Shown: positions 1-9,578 of the stretch, piece after piece | Layout of the letters: the number at the start of each line of letters is the position of its first letter | How positions within the stretch are numbered: the first letter of the stretch is position 1 | Sequence record: SRR33789315_29 | DNA length: 64,000 nt | Reading direction: 5' to 3' (one strand) | Notes under the pieces: generated by a model | The model's database searches: none | Told to the model about the DNA's origin: nothing | Seen by the model: only the letters and a program-made list of their open reading frames with translations | Position numbers and translations under genes: made by a program

Positions 1-67
1 AAAATCACAGATTTTTGTCGTTCGACTGCGAGCATAGCTTTCGCTTTGCATACTACGCTTGTCTCAC

Positions 68-83
68 CCAGGTGGGCCCACCA
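68..83 (+). repeat. tRNA 3'-end remnant, copy 1 (CCAGGTGGGCCCACCA), att-like / tRNA-linked repeat
   Basis: Ends in the acceptor-stem 3' strand plus ACCA. Similarity to 12591-12606 continues into the downstream flank (TTCGATTCCACTC vs TTCGATTTCACTC). Confidence 0.65.
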
Positions 84-143
84 CTTTCTTTCGATTCCAC
101 TCTAACTATCGATTGGTTTTCATTGAAGCGATGGTACTAATGC

Positions 144-208
144 GGGAAAAGGTCAATTTTTGATTGAGTCATACGATAGATCCTGACAGATTGAGAGTTA
201 ACTTATCA
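144..208 (-). repeat. Degenerate copy of dispersed TGAYAAGTTAACTCT element
   Basis: Reverse complement reads TGATAAGTTAACTCTC...CGTATGA...TGACCTTTTCCC, matching the copies at 1342 and 3981. Confidence 0.5.
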
Positions 209-225
209 GTACCCAAAATTTTAGT

Positions 226-239
226 CTGACCCCATTTAT
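226..239 (+). repeat. REP-like half site CTGACCCCATTTAT
   Basis: Identical 14-mer to the unit repeated at 51058-51087. Confidence 0.55.
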
Positions 240-246
240 AGTTAGC

Positions 247-1146
247 CTACCGAGACCGTATGACTAGCTCCGCTGCTACGGGATAATGGTCCGAGGGCCA
301 TCGCCCGTCCACGCTGTGTAGTACCGTAATGGCTCGCTCCACTGTGACGGGCCCGCCTACTAGAACCCAGTCGATACGGCCCTCGCGCCCCTCCGGCGGT
401 GCGCGAAAACCGTTCGACGTCAGTGGTGGTCCCTCCTGCTTTTCTGCGACTACCCAGGCATCCCTGAGGCCATCGCTCGTCACGGCATGCCACGTCTCGC
501 TTGTTTCTGCTATGGCGTTGAAGTCACCCATGACCACTACCCTGCTCCCGGGAGGAAGTTGCGCGATGTGCGCATTGATCTGTTCTGCGGCCTGGATCTG
601 ACGAGGGCCGCCACGTATCGTGAAATGCGTGTTGTAGACGTAAAACTGTCGGCGAGTCTCGAGATGGTGGAAGCGAACCCAGGTGACTATGCGGGCGCCC
701 CGACCGGGTTGCGTAGGTGGATTCGGATCGTCCGCGAGCCAGAACGTGCCAGATTCTATCGGAACTAGCACCTCGTACTTGTAGAAGATCGGAGTCGCCT
801 CGCTCAGCCCAACGCCTCCGTTCAGACCGCGGTCGACGCCCAACCATCGGTACTCGGGCATTTCCGATTGGAGAAAGTCGAGTTGCACCGTGAGAGCCTC
901 CTGAAGACCAAGGACGTCGGGGTCGAAGGCTCGCACGGTCTCGACCACAAGCTCTTTGCGCATTGGCCAAATGTTTTCGCCGTCTTGTCCATCCGCAGTT
1001 CGAATATTAAATGTCATCACATCGAGCTCGAAGGACGTGTCATCCGATTCTGCTTGCTGGGCAAAGAGCGTCATCGGGCTGGTAGACAGTACGATCACAG
1101 TCAGGACATAGACAGCGAATCGATACCGAGTGCGCTTCACGGGCAC
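247..1146 (-). CDS. Secreted endonuclease/exonuclease/phosphatase (EEP) family protein
   Basis: Motifs MTFNIR, GLQEA, YNTH, MGDFN, RIDWV, SDHYPV; N-terminal signal peptide. Confidence 0.9.
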   Translation of the reverse strand: MPVKRTRYRFAVYVLTVIVLSTSPMTLFAQQAESDDTSFELDVMTFNIRTADGQDGENIWPMRKELVVETVRAFDPDVLGLQEALTVQLDFLQSEMPEYRWLGVDRGLNGGVGLSEATPIFYKYEVLVPIESGTFWLADDPNPPTQPGRGARIVTWVRFHHLETRRQFYVYNTHFTIRGGPRQIQAAEQINAHIAQLPPGSRVVVMGDFNAIAETSETWHAVTSDGLRDAWVVAEKQEGPPLTSNGFRAPPEGREGRIDWVLVGGPVTVERAITVLHSVDGRWPSDHYPVAAELVIRSR

Positions 1147-1341
1147 TTTTTCATTACAGTGGAGAAGCCGATGGCCGGGGAATAGCGCTTGGTGGCCTAG
1201 CTGGAAGACCAGCGCTTGAGTGTATTCAGAGAAAATGGGAAGCCTCCTAGACTGTGCGTGCTTAAGAGCGGACCAAGAAGGATCATTGGCTTTGAATTAA
1301 GTAACCAAGTCAGAAATTCGCAATGGGCCATCTCAGTTTGC

Positions 1342-1430
1342 TGACAAGTTAATTACTACCGCTCTGAAAATCCACTACTTAAATATCCCTATTTTCCGAC
1401 TGCCTTTTCCCAAGACGCAAAAGCGCGCTG
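1342..1430 (+). repeat. 89-bp dispersed repeat, copy A
   Basis: TGACAAGTTAA...TTCCCAAGACGCAAAAGCGCGCTG; same ends and same length as 3981-4069. Confidence 0.7.
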
Positions 1431-1521
1431 TCCATTTTGAACCAAAATAAATCCACGCTGAGGTTCACAATAGACAGCACTGCCCTCGCTTGATCGCGAG
1501 CCCCTCCTATACTCCTACTAA

Positions 1522-1556
1522 TATTCATCAATATTCTAGTTGTATTCCTCGTATTC
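1522..1556 (+). promoter_or_regulatory. Four helically phased TATTC direct repeats upstream of the XRE regulator (putative operator)
   Basis: TATTC at 1522, 1532, 1543 and 1552 (spacing 10, 11, 9). Confidence 0.4.
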
Positions 1557-1593
1557 ACCGCCTAAGTTCTAGCCAAACACAACGGAGTAGTAA

Positions 1594-2199
1594 ATGAAAT
1601 TTGGTGACTTTATAAAAGCAAGGCGAAATGAGCTAGGTTGGACCCAACCTGAGGCGGCGACCCGTATTGAAATAGAACAGTCCTATTTGTCCAAATTAGA
1701 AAATGGACACTCTATCCCTTCAGAGGATGTTTTTGCTCGATTGTGTCGGGTGTACGAGATCGAGATACCACAGCTTTATCAGCGACTGGATAGTGCAGGG
1801 CTTGAAAGCTTGATGGCGATAGAGCAGATCCGCACAATTGCCGCTGTAAAACACTCATCAAAACACTCTGAGGCCGCGCGCTACAGGCTATTGGGCGTTA
1901 TAGCTTTTGGCCTTGGCGGGATGCTACTTGGGATAGCGCAGGTCGCCCCATTTGAGGAAAGCCACTATATCTACCAAACAGGCGAATTTGGCTCAAGCAC
2001 TACAGAGCAGCGATCCCAGCCCGAATATCGTGGGCCGGTTTTCGTCGAGAACACTGCCGGCGAGGAGAAGACCTGGCACCTAATTGGCAGTGAGGCCATA
2101 GCCCAAAATGCATGGGCGCGGTGGTTGATGGTGCCAGGCTTAGGGCTACTTTTTGGCGGTGCTGCAAGCTTCGCAAATGGCTGGCGACGAAGACAATGA
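1594..2199 (+). CDS. XRE-family HTH regulator with two C-terminal transmembrane segments
   Basis: N-terminal HTH_3 (WTQPEAATRIEIEQSYLSKLENGHSIPS); two hydrophobic helices; GGAG RBS. Confidence 0.85.
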   Translation: MKFGDFIKARRNELGWTQPEAATRIEIEQSYLSKLENGHSIPSEDVFARLCRVYEIEIPQLYQRLDSAGLESLMAIEQIRTIAAVKHSSKHSEAARYRLLGVIAFGLGGMLLGIAQVAPFEESHYIYQTGEFGSSTTEQRSQPEYRGPVFVENTAGEEKTWHLIGSEAIAQNAWARWLMVPGLGLLFGGAASFANGWRRRQ

Positions 2200-2272
2200 A
2201 GTCGTACTTCTAGATCAACTCCAAACCTTTCATGTGACTTCTAAAAAAGAATCACTGTCTTTGAGGATAAAA

Positions 2273-3481
2273 ATGAGTACTACTCTTGTATCAATTTTTC
2301 TTGCAAATTCACTCATAGTTGCGGCCCTTTCAACGTGGTCACTGATCACAGCAGCCTCTGAAAGCGGCCGCACGAATGGTTCTGCAATGCGCGGCGCAGT
2401 GCTTGATAGTTATGTAGAAAAACTCATGGCTCGCGAGAACGTAAAAGGCTTCGCGCTAGCCCTGATCGAGGATGATCAGATCACGCATCTTGAAAGCTAT
2501 GGCTACCGAAATGTCGAGCAATCCTTGTCGCTTGAAACTGACACCATCATGTATGGTGCCTCCCTTACCAAGGCCGCATTCTCCTATATGGTTCTGCAAT
2601 TGGTAGATGAAGGCGCAATCGAGCTTGACCAGTCTATCGCCGATTTATTGCCAAAACCGTTGCCGCAATATCCCGACTGGGCAAAGTTAGAAGGCGACGA
2701 TGAGTGGCGATTGCTTACGCCACGGATAATTTTATCCCACTCTAGCGGCCTCCATAATCTGCGCTTTCTAGAGCCAGATGGTGATCTGAAGTTTCATTTT
2801 ACGCCTGGAAGCGAATACGCTTATTCGGGTGAGGGATTCTATCTTCTGCAGACCGTGCTTGAAGAGGGCCTGGGACTAGATGTCAAAGCCGAAATGCAGC
2901 GGCGTATCTTTGACAGATTTAATATGCCTGATACAGATATGCAGTGGCGGCCCGAATGGGTTGGTAAATTGGCAGATGGTTACGCGATGGATAATAGTTT
3001 CGAACCCCATGACGAGCGTAGCTACGTAAGTGCGTCAGGGTCCATGGATACTACCATCGCGGACCAAGCGGCTATGTGGCAAGGCATGATGGCAGGAAAA
3101 GGACTGTCGCACGAAATGCGCACCGAGTGGACGCGCAGCCAACTCGCCATTAAAACCGCTCAGAAATTCCCCACCGTTGAACTGCATTCAACACGAGATC
3201 AGCGCGGGCCGGACATTAGCCTATTCGCAGGCTTAGGTGTAGACACGTGGCAAGGCCCCGACGGCCGAGCTTTTGCCAAAGGCGGGCACAATGATTGGAC
3301 AGGCAACCTGGCGATATGTCAGGAAGAACAGAATCGTTGTATTGTGATGCTGGCAAACAGCGTTCGAGCGGAAATCATTTTCCCAGAGATTATTGAAGCA
3401 GTATTTGGTGATGTCGGCTACCCATGGTGGTGGACCTATCCGAACCTGCACGGCACACCAATTGAACTACCAGTTAAGTAA
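2273..3481 (+). CDS. Serine hydrolase, beta-lactamase class C-like family
   Basis: SxxK (GASLTK), YSG (YxN-like), LSHSSG, KGG; ATG 2273 follows a GAGGA RBS; signal peptide. Confidence 0.88.
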   Translation: MSTTLVSIFLANSLIVAALSTWSLITAASESGRTNGSAMRGAVLDSYVEKLMARENVKGFALALIEDDQITHLESYGYRNVEQSLSLETDTIMYGASLTKAAFSYMVLQLVDEGAIELDQSIADLLPKPLPQYPDWAKLEGDDEWRLLTPRIILSHSSGLHNLRFLEPDGDLKFHFTPGSEYAYSGEGFYLLQTVLEEGLGLDVKAEMQRRIFDRFNMPDTDMQWRPEWVGKLADGYAMDNSFEPHDERSYVSASGSMDTTIADQAAMWQGMMAGKGLSHEMRTEWTRSQLAIKTAQKFPTVELHSTRDQRGPDISLFAGLGVDTWQGPDGRAFAKGGHNDWTGNLAICQEEQNRCIVMLANSVRAEIIFPEIIEAVFGDVGYPWWWTYPNLHGTPIELPVK

Positions 3482-3526
3482 ATCAAATAGATACTAATCG
3501 TGTTTTATGACCCCGTCGTGCCGTCA

Positions 3527-3715
3527 TCAGCCGATACGTATGCTGTCCAGTGATCCCAAGATACCGAATACTTGTAATAACCATACTACGACTACGACGA
3601 CCACGACGATATTTAGAATATTTTTGATCTTTCGATCCATGGGTATGTAGTTATTGACGAGCCACAGTAGTACGCCAACTACGATCAGTATGATGACAAG
3701 ATTAATTAGGGGCAT
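3527..3715 (-). CDS. Small two-TM membrane protein (Thivi_2564-like family), 62 aa
   Basis: MPLINLVIILIVVGVLLWLVNNYIPMDRKIKNILN...; strong AAGGAG RBS before ATG 3715. Confidence 0.85.
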   Translation of the reverse strand: MPLINLVIILIVVGVLLWLVNNYIPMDRKIKNILNIVVVVVVVVWLLQVFGILGSLDSIRIG

Positions 3716-3844
3716 GGGGATTCTCCTTATGGGGTAGTTAGGTCTGCTTGAGGAAGCCAGGGAATAGTCTCGCGCCGCATCTACCAGCAGATAAGGAAGG
3801 GTGTGACCAATTCCATCGGAAGGGCAGTCTGAAATGCAGATCAA

Positions 3845-3886
3845 ATGTTAGCCAGGGGAGCGTGCGCAGTCTGTGTGGTAGCGTAC
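3845..3886 (-). promoter_or_regulatory. Putative Crp/Fnr-family operator (CTGTGTGGTAGCGTAC, 3871-3886) with -10 TAACAT (3845-3850)
   Basis: 12/16 identical to 41005-41020; site centre lies 29.5 bp from the -10 hexamer, i.e. at -41.5. Confidence 0.5.
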
Positions 3887-3980
3887 CTTTGGAATAATCT
3901 GAGTTTTACACGCTACATGGGCGACGCCAAAATTGATCGCCTTGATATGATTTGGGGCGGAAGAACTATCGCATAGGGAT

Positions 3981-4069
3981 TGACAAGTTAACTCTCTGCA
4001 TCCGCGAATATCCGTATAAGGCCTATTCTACGCGGCAACTGCACCTTCCCAAGACGCAAAAGCACGCTG
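3981..4069 (+). repeat. 89-bp dispersed repeat, copy B
   Basis: TGACAAGTTAACTCTC...CTTCCCAAGACGCAAAAGCACGCTG. Confidence 0.7.
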
Positions 4070-4143
4070 GACAAGGTCTCAAGCAGACGATACCTTTTGT
4101 CTCTCCATAAACCCCAATGTTATCTACAAAAACGGGATCTTTA

Positions 4144-5517
4144 ATGAAATTGTCCATGCCGTTAACCGCCCTCTTTCTCACGCTTGTGTTCGCCGCCCCT
4201 GCACAGGCTCAGGCACCTGTTTACGTGCCGGCATCCAGCCCCGCCCGCGTGCACGCGCTGCCCACTCTGCGAGAGCAGGCGCTTGAGCAGCAGGCCTGGC
4301 TTGAGGCACGGCTTAATCGCGTGTTGCCGACACTGATGGCTGAGTACGGCGTGAGTATGTGGATACTGTCAATGCGCGAGTATGCCGAGGACCCGGTGTT
4401 CTGGTCGATCACATCGCCTACTACCTTCGCAGCGCGTCGACGCTCCATCTACGTGATGACACTGCAGCCAGACGGAAGCGTCGAGCGGCTCGCGCTGGGC
4501 GGGAGCAGTCAGGGCGGAGTGTTTGAAGCCTTTCGCTCCAGCCGGCCCGCGCCAACCCAGGCTACCAGCGAACTGGTCGGTGACGAACAGTGGCGACTGC
4601 TGCGTGAATTGATCGAAGACCGCGACCCGCGCAACATTGCACTTAATATCGATCCAGAATGGGCGTTTTCGGATGGTCTGCACGCCGGTGAGCGTGAAGC
4701 GCTCGAAGAGGCGCTTGGCCCCTATGGTGACCGGGTGGTGCGTGAGCCACGCTTGGCGGTGAATTACTTAGCCCTGCGCCTGCCCGAGATGATGCCGCGC
4801 TACCGCAAGATCATGGAGACCGTGCACGCCGTCATCTCACAAGCCTTCTCCAACGCGGTGATCACGCCTGGCGAAACCACTACCGAGGATGTCATCTGGT
4901 GGATGCGACAACGCGTGCAGGAGCTGGGTTATCAGGTGTGGTTCCAACCCTCGGTAGATGTGTCACGCCAAGGTGACGGCCGCATCAGCGGCGACACCGT
5001 TATACAACGAGGTGACTTGCTCTGGACAGACTTCGGTGTGATCGCCATGAACCTGCACACCGATACACAACATCTTGGCTACGTGTTGAAACCCGGCGAG
5101 ACCCAAGCCCCAACCGGTCTGCAGGAATGCATAGCGGATTCCAATCGCATGCAAGAATTATTGCTAGAAGAAATGGAGCCTGGTCGCACAGGCAATGAAA
5201 TTCTTGCAGCGACGCTGGCGCGCATAAGCCGCGAAGGAATTACTGGCACTGTGTACACCCATCCCATCGGTGACCACGGCCACGGTGCCGGGCCAATGAT
5301 CGGGCGCTGGGATGCACAGGAAGGCGTGCCCATTCGAGGCGACGAAGTGCTATTAGCATCGACCTGGCACTCTATCGAACTGCAGGCCACGCGGTCTATT
5401 CCCGAGTGGGGCGGTGAACCGGCAAACTGCAGGCAGGAAGAAGAGGCGTATCTGGATGCTAACGGCGAGCGCCATTGGGTGTATCGCCGCCAGACAGAGT
5501 TTCATTTGGTTTGGTGA
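4144..5517 (+). CDS. Secreted M24-family (Xaa-Pro) aminopeptidase
   Basis: Pita-bread metal ligands (TDFG, TDTQ, THPIG, SIE, EEE); signal peptide; start could also be 4117 or 4156. Confidence 0.85.
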   Translation: MKLSMPLTALFLTLVFAAPAQAQAPVYVPASSPARVHALPTLREQALEQQAWLEARLNRVLPTLMAEYGVSMWILSMREYAEDPVFWSITSPTTFAARRRSIYVMTLQPDGSVERLALGGSSQGGVFEAFRSSRPAPTQATSELVGDEQWRLLRELIEDRDPRNIALNIDPEWAFSDGLHAGEREALEEALGPYGDRVVREPRLAVNYLALRLPEMMPRYRKIMETVHAVISQAFSNAVITPGETTTEDVIWWMRQRVQELGYQVWFQPSVDVSRQGDGRISGDTVIQRGDLLWTDFGVIAMNLHTDTQHLGYVLKPGETQAPTGLQECIADSNRMQELLLEEMEPGRTGNEILAATLARISREGITGTVYTHPIGDHGHGAGPMIGRWDAQEGVPIRGDEVLLASTWHSIELQATRSIPEWGGEPANCRQEEEAYLDANGERHWVYRRQTEFHLVW

Positions 5518-5633
5518 TTCAAAAGTGCTTTTTGCCGACATGCTGGTCAGATATAACCGTGCATCTCGGCAACAGCAGATCACTAGTGTTGACCGTTTCC
5601 ATAAACCTGCCAGACTTTATCGAAGCTGGTTCT

Positions 5634-6128
5634 TTATGTGTTTTTCGTCACTATACTTGTATTGAAACCTTCATCGGATGTTGGAGAAATAAAATGTTTT
5701 TTTACCTGCTCAAACATTTCTAACGTATCAGTGCCTGCTCTTTCAGGCTGTTCTTTTCGTCTTTTCTCAATTTGTTCTATGCAGACTTCATTTGGCAAGT
5801 CGATGTATATCAAATTATGCGGAGCTCCAATCTCGGAGAATATACTTCTAAACCAATCTCGCTGCGAAAGAGTATTTGCCGGAAAGTCCATCACCACATT
5901 GACTCCTGTAGACAACATCGTTTGAACAAGTTTCTTTATTTGCGGCTTTAGTAAATTTGAATAACTAATATAATCGTTTAATGATGAAATTTTATCTGGG
6001 TAAAGCGACGCAAGCCACTCATCCTCAGAAAGTAATACTGCCTTTTCTTGCTTTGCAATTTCACTAGCTCTAGTAGACTTTCCTGCGCCCATTTTTCCAC
6101 AGAAAAAAGTCAATTTCCCATTTTCCAT
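5634..6128 (-). CDS. AAA_33-type P-loop kinase-like ATP-binding protein
   Basis: Walker A CGKMGAGKST; LSEDEW; VMDFPAN. Confidence 0.85.
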   Translation of the reverse strand: MENGKLTFFCGKMGAGKSTRASEIAKQEKAVLLSEDEWLASLYPDKISSLNDYISYSNLLKPQIKKLVQTMLSTGVNVVMDFPANTLSQRDWFRSIFSEIGAPHNLIYIDLPNEVCIEQIEKRRKEQPERAGTDTLEMFEQVKKHFISPTSDEGFNTSIVTKNT

Positions 6129-6179
6129 ATCAGGATACCCCATGAGAGCGCTTACGCTCGGAACATGCATCAAACAGTG

Positions 6180-6803
6180 TCACTGCTTAACTCCCTTGAT
6201 GAGTAGCCAAATAGCCAATGACATTTCTCCTAAGATGCTCGGTATAAGAACAAGAATTAGTAGAATGGACGCATATTGTTCATAATTTTGAAGTGTGAAA
6301 TGCGCTGCAGTATCTACCATATACATGATGCCGGCAAGAAAGAGAAAAAATGTGATCATTCTTGGCTTACTGATTATTATTCCGAGTAGAATAATATGAA
6401 CTCCAAAGAAAAAAAGCCCTAAAAGCCAAGTAGTATTGAACGTATCAATTTGCTTTAATATTTCTTCGTTAGTATCTAGGTTTAATACTGCAGGCAATGC
6501 AAATATTGCAACACCCATGATGGAAGCATGCATCATTCGAAATAGTGTACTTAGCAAAGAAAGCGGGTGTGTCCTAAATATCTCGTAAAGAGCCCATGCA
6601 ACAATAACGTCAAGAAGCACAGTAATCATAAATGCAAGAATACCCACTCTCACCATAACGTTACTTTGTTGAATAGTTTCTAAAGGGTTATTTCCTAAGG
6701 ATTCAAGAACAAAGAAATTAGCGAAAATAGCGACGAAGAAAATAACCCAGTAACTAGCACCGGCAATTAAGTAGAAACTTCTAGGACTGAATATTCTAAT
6801 CAT
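6180..6803 (-). CDS. DUF4386-like integral membrane protein
   Basis: Multiple TM helices; DVIVAWALY and GEMSLAIWLLIKG motifs. Confidence 0.75.
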   Translation of the reverse strand: MIRIFSPRSFYLIAGASYWVIFFVAIFANFFVLESLGNNPLETIQQSNVMVRVGILAFMITVLLDVIVAWALYEIFRTHPLSLLSTLFRMMHASIMGVAIFALPAVLNLDTNEEILKQIDTFNTTWLLGLFFFGVHIILLGIIISKPRMITFFLFLAGIMYMVDTAAHFTLQNYEQYASILLILVLIPSILGEMSLAIWLLIKGVKQ

Positions 6804-6813
6804 TTTCCATCTC

Positions 6814-7800
6814 TCAACGCAAAGGCAATGCTATTGGCCGTAGTGGAGCGGCGTCAGCCCCTCTCAACTTTAAAGAACCGGCGATAATGGCAAATTCGAA
6901 AACTTTGTCTCGAGATAGCTCCTCAAGAAAGACTAGTTCGATAATAGGTGTCCCTTGCTCGCCCAGCAAATAGGTATGCAAAGGAACGTAGTCAGATTCA
7001 AGCTCAGAAGGAAAAGCTTCAAAGCTAAGATTGTCTGCGCCTACAATCATGGCGCCTTCGTCTTCCACCAGATAGCGAGCGGCATCGAGACCAAGCCCAG
7101 GAGGATTGTCCATATAGGCAATGGCGTTGTTATACTTTTGCATACGCCCTGTTCTGATCAGCACTACATCACCCACTTCTAAACTGACGTTCTGAGCATG
7201 CAGTGCTGCCTTCAGATCATCTCTACTAATGCGGTAACCGTCCGGCAGCATATCCAAACCCAGAGACGTAGGCACATCAATCAAAATTCCTCGCGCAATG
7301 ATGGGGGGAATATTTTCAGCACCAGCAACGTTCCAGCCACGGTCGCCCAAGTGTTCTTCTGCTTTAAATCCATTCCATATTTCACCGTTCAGGCCAAAGT
7401 GATTAAGCGCATCAATATGAGTGCCCATGTGGGTATACATGGATACCGCAGTGCCTGTGTAGCTCACATGAGCATTTACCTCGTCACCAACATTCATAGG
7501 ATCGTCAATCACAGTTCCGTGCGGTGTGTGGGTAAGCCAAAGACGATAATGTGGATCACCCGCGGCCTGCCAGCTTGGCATCCCAATGAAATACTCTACT
7601 GAGAGGTCATATGCGGTTCCTCCTTTTATGCGCGACAAAATCGCCGCTCTCGATTCAGTGGTCATCAAGTTCAGACGTCCTATTTCATCGTCAGCACCCC
7701 AAGGGCTTAAGCCCACGCTACGTTCAGCGGCGCCGGCAGTAGTGCTATTGAATAAAGTCAGTGTCAGTAGCATTAAAAGTTCAGGGATAATTCTTTTCAT
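6814..7800 (-). CDS. Cyclase family (kynurenine formamidase-like) metallohydrolase, secreted
   Basis: HxGTHxD motif (THMGTHIDALNH), WGADDEIG, LIRTG, signal peptide. Confidence 0.88.
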   Translation of the reverse strand: MKRIIPELLMLLTLTLFNSTTAGAAERSVGLSPWGADDEIGRLNLMTTESRAAILSRIKGGTAYDLSVEYFIGMPSWQAAGDPHYRLWLTHTPHGTVIDDPMNVGDEVNAHVSYTGTAVSMYTHMGTHIDALNHFGLNGEIWNGFKAEEHLGDRGWNVAGAENIPPIIARGILIDVPTSLGLDMLPDGYRISRDDLKAALHAQNVSLEVGDVVLIRTGRMQKYNNAIAYMDNPPGLGLDAARYLVEDEGAMIVGADNLSFEAFPSELESDYVPLHTYLLGEQGTPIIELVFLEELSRDKVFEFAIIAGSLKLRGADAAPLRPIALPLR

Positions 7801-7844
7801 CTTTTCCTCCTCACATTGGAAATTTAAAAATTCACTAATATTGA

Positions 7845-8486
7845 TTAGTAACCGGCGGTGAACCGGCGCTTGACGTACTGAGCCTGTTCGGCCTCATCCA
7901 ACAATGCGACTGCAAGATCTTCCATGGAAATAGAGGAACGACCACTTGCATCAATGAGCAATTCATCTGTACCCAATCGAAAGTTTTCAGTACGTTGCCC
8001 CGGTACAAGAAGGGCGGAAGGGCTCAAGTAAGTCCAGTTCACATTGCTACTGGCCCGACACAAGTTGAGCTGGTCTAGACAAGCTTTCCCAATAGCGAGT
8101 GCAGACTCTGACATGTAGCGATTATCGTGTAACAAAAGTGAATTGGGCTTGTCGGGAATGTGCAAACTGGCCGCACCGCCACTGATGATTAACCGTGTGG
8201 GAGTATTGGCAAGGCATCCCAGCAAAACAGCGGTAGACTTCAACAATTGTGATTCAAAGCCAGCCGGTGGCTTGGTTGCCGCGATAACCACGTCAGCGGT
8301 GGCGCAGTAACGCACCACGTCTTCCAGATTAGTCGCGTCGCCTCGCGCCACGCTCACCAGACTGTTCTCTGCGACTAACTCGTTGTAATCTCGTACAACA
8401 GCAGTAAGTTTATGTCCTCGATTGACTGCCTCATTCGTAATGCGCCTGCCCATATTTCCGGCAGCACCAAATAGGGTGATTCTCAT
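7845..8486 (-). CDS. NAD(P)H-binding oxidoreductase (atypical SDR / flavin reductase-like)
   Basis: GAAGNMG Rossmann motif, GGAASL, WTYLSP, SISMEDLA. Confidence 0.88.
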   Translation of the reverse strand: MRITLFGAAGNMGRRITNEAVNRGHKLTAVVRDYNELVAENSLVSVARGDATNLEDVVRYCATADVVIAATKPPAGFESQLLKSTAVLLGCLANTPTRLIISGGAASLHIPDKPNSLLLHDNRYMSESALAIGKACLDQLNLCRASSNVNWTYLSPSALLVPGQRTENFRLGTDELLIDASGRSSISMEDLAVALLDEAEQAQYVKRRFTAGY

Positions 8487-8540
8487 TTCTTGCTTATCTC
8501 CAAAAAAGTAATTGTTATTGCCATTTCAAAATTTACCGCT

Positions 8541-9461
8541 TTATGTCACTGCGATTTTCTGGCCCCGGCTACGATTGAGCAGAGAGATTGTGCAGAAAAG
8601 AACTAAAACTACGCCAAGCAGCTGACTAGATCCGATACGTGTCGGGTCTTCCATAAATAGCAAGAGCATGGAAACAAGCGGAACAAGATAGGTGTAAGCT
8701 ACGATTTCTGAGGGGTTCAGTACGAGCATAGCTCGCTGAGAAAGCCAAAACGTCAAGCTGCTTGAAAGCACTCCAAGATAAAGCAAGACCAAAATATCTC
8801 GAAAATTTATCTGCCCTAAGTCTGCAGGCGATTCGAGGATCAGACCTAGAACAGCCATTGAAATACTTGCTGTAAGAAGCCCCCACGCTGAACGAACGGT
8901 TGCATTTTTTACAAGCCAACCTCGTTTTAATCCCCATTTACTTAACACTGGGTAAAGCGCCATCCCCCCGCATCCCAACAAATAGGTCAGCTCTTCTGCA
9001 CCGAGATAGAATCCACTACTACCGGCCTCGACTCGAACCAAAAGTTGCGCACCCAAACCACCGATCAGCAGTAAACCCAATTTCTGCAAGTTGACACGTT
9101 CAACCCGAAAAACAGCAGACAGTAGAAAAGTGAACAACGGCACACAAACGAAAAGGGATGCCATCGATACAGGACTTACTTGTGGCGCAACCCAAAACAT
9201 GGTGCCGAAGAAGGCCGCTAAGCACATCCCCATCAACCAGTACAAACCCAGCGCAGGCAGGCCAAGTTTCAATACTTCAGCGTCCTTCGGAATAAAGGGC
9301 AGTAACGCAATCAGAGCTACTAAAAACCGTAGCGCCGTCACAAAGTTCAACGGCAGACCAGGGCTCAATAAAGTGATGATCGGAAATGACAACCCTACGA
9401 CTAGGCTGCGGAGCAACAATCCGGCATGAGCTTGGTGAAGTGGCTCTTCGATTAGGGACAT
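8541..9461 (-). CDS. DMT/EamA family transporter
   Basis: About ten TM helices; ALRF and YLGVLSS motifs. Confidence 0.85.
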   Translation of the reverse strand: MSLIEEPLHQAHAGLLLRSLVVGLSFPIITLLSPGLPLNFVTALRFLVALIALLPFIPKDAEVLKLGLPALGLYWLMGMCLAAFFGTMFWVAPQVSPVSMASLFVCVPLFTFLLSAVFRVERVNLQKLGLLLIGGLGAQLLVRVEAGSSGFYLGAEELTYLLGCGGMALYPVLSKWGLKRGWLVKNATVRSAWGLLTASISMAVLGLILESPADLGQINFRDILVLLYLGVLSSSLTFWLSQRAMLVLNPSEIVAYTYLVPLVSMLLLFMEDPTRIGSSQLLGVVLVLFCTISLLNRSRGQKIAVT

Positions 9462-9578
9462 TGATAAAGTCTCTCTTCAATAGTTTGCATTGGAGAAACT
9501 TTACTAGATCGTTTTTATTTAATAATTAGCCTTTCTGGAATATTATTGTTCACATATATTTACTAATAGGAGTCGCAA

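Noticed and set aside
5518-6803. Integron cassette array
   Set aside because: The genes are short and AT-rich, but I found no integrase and no convincing RYYYAAC...GTTRRRY attC pairs.
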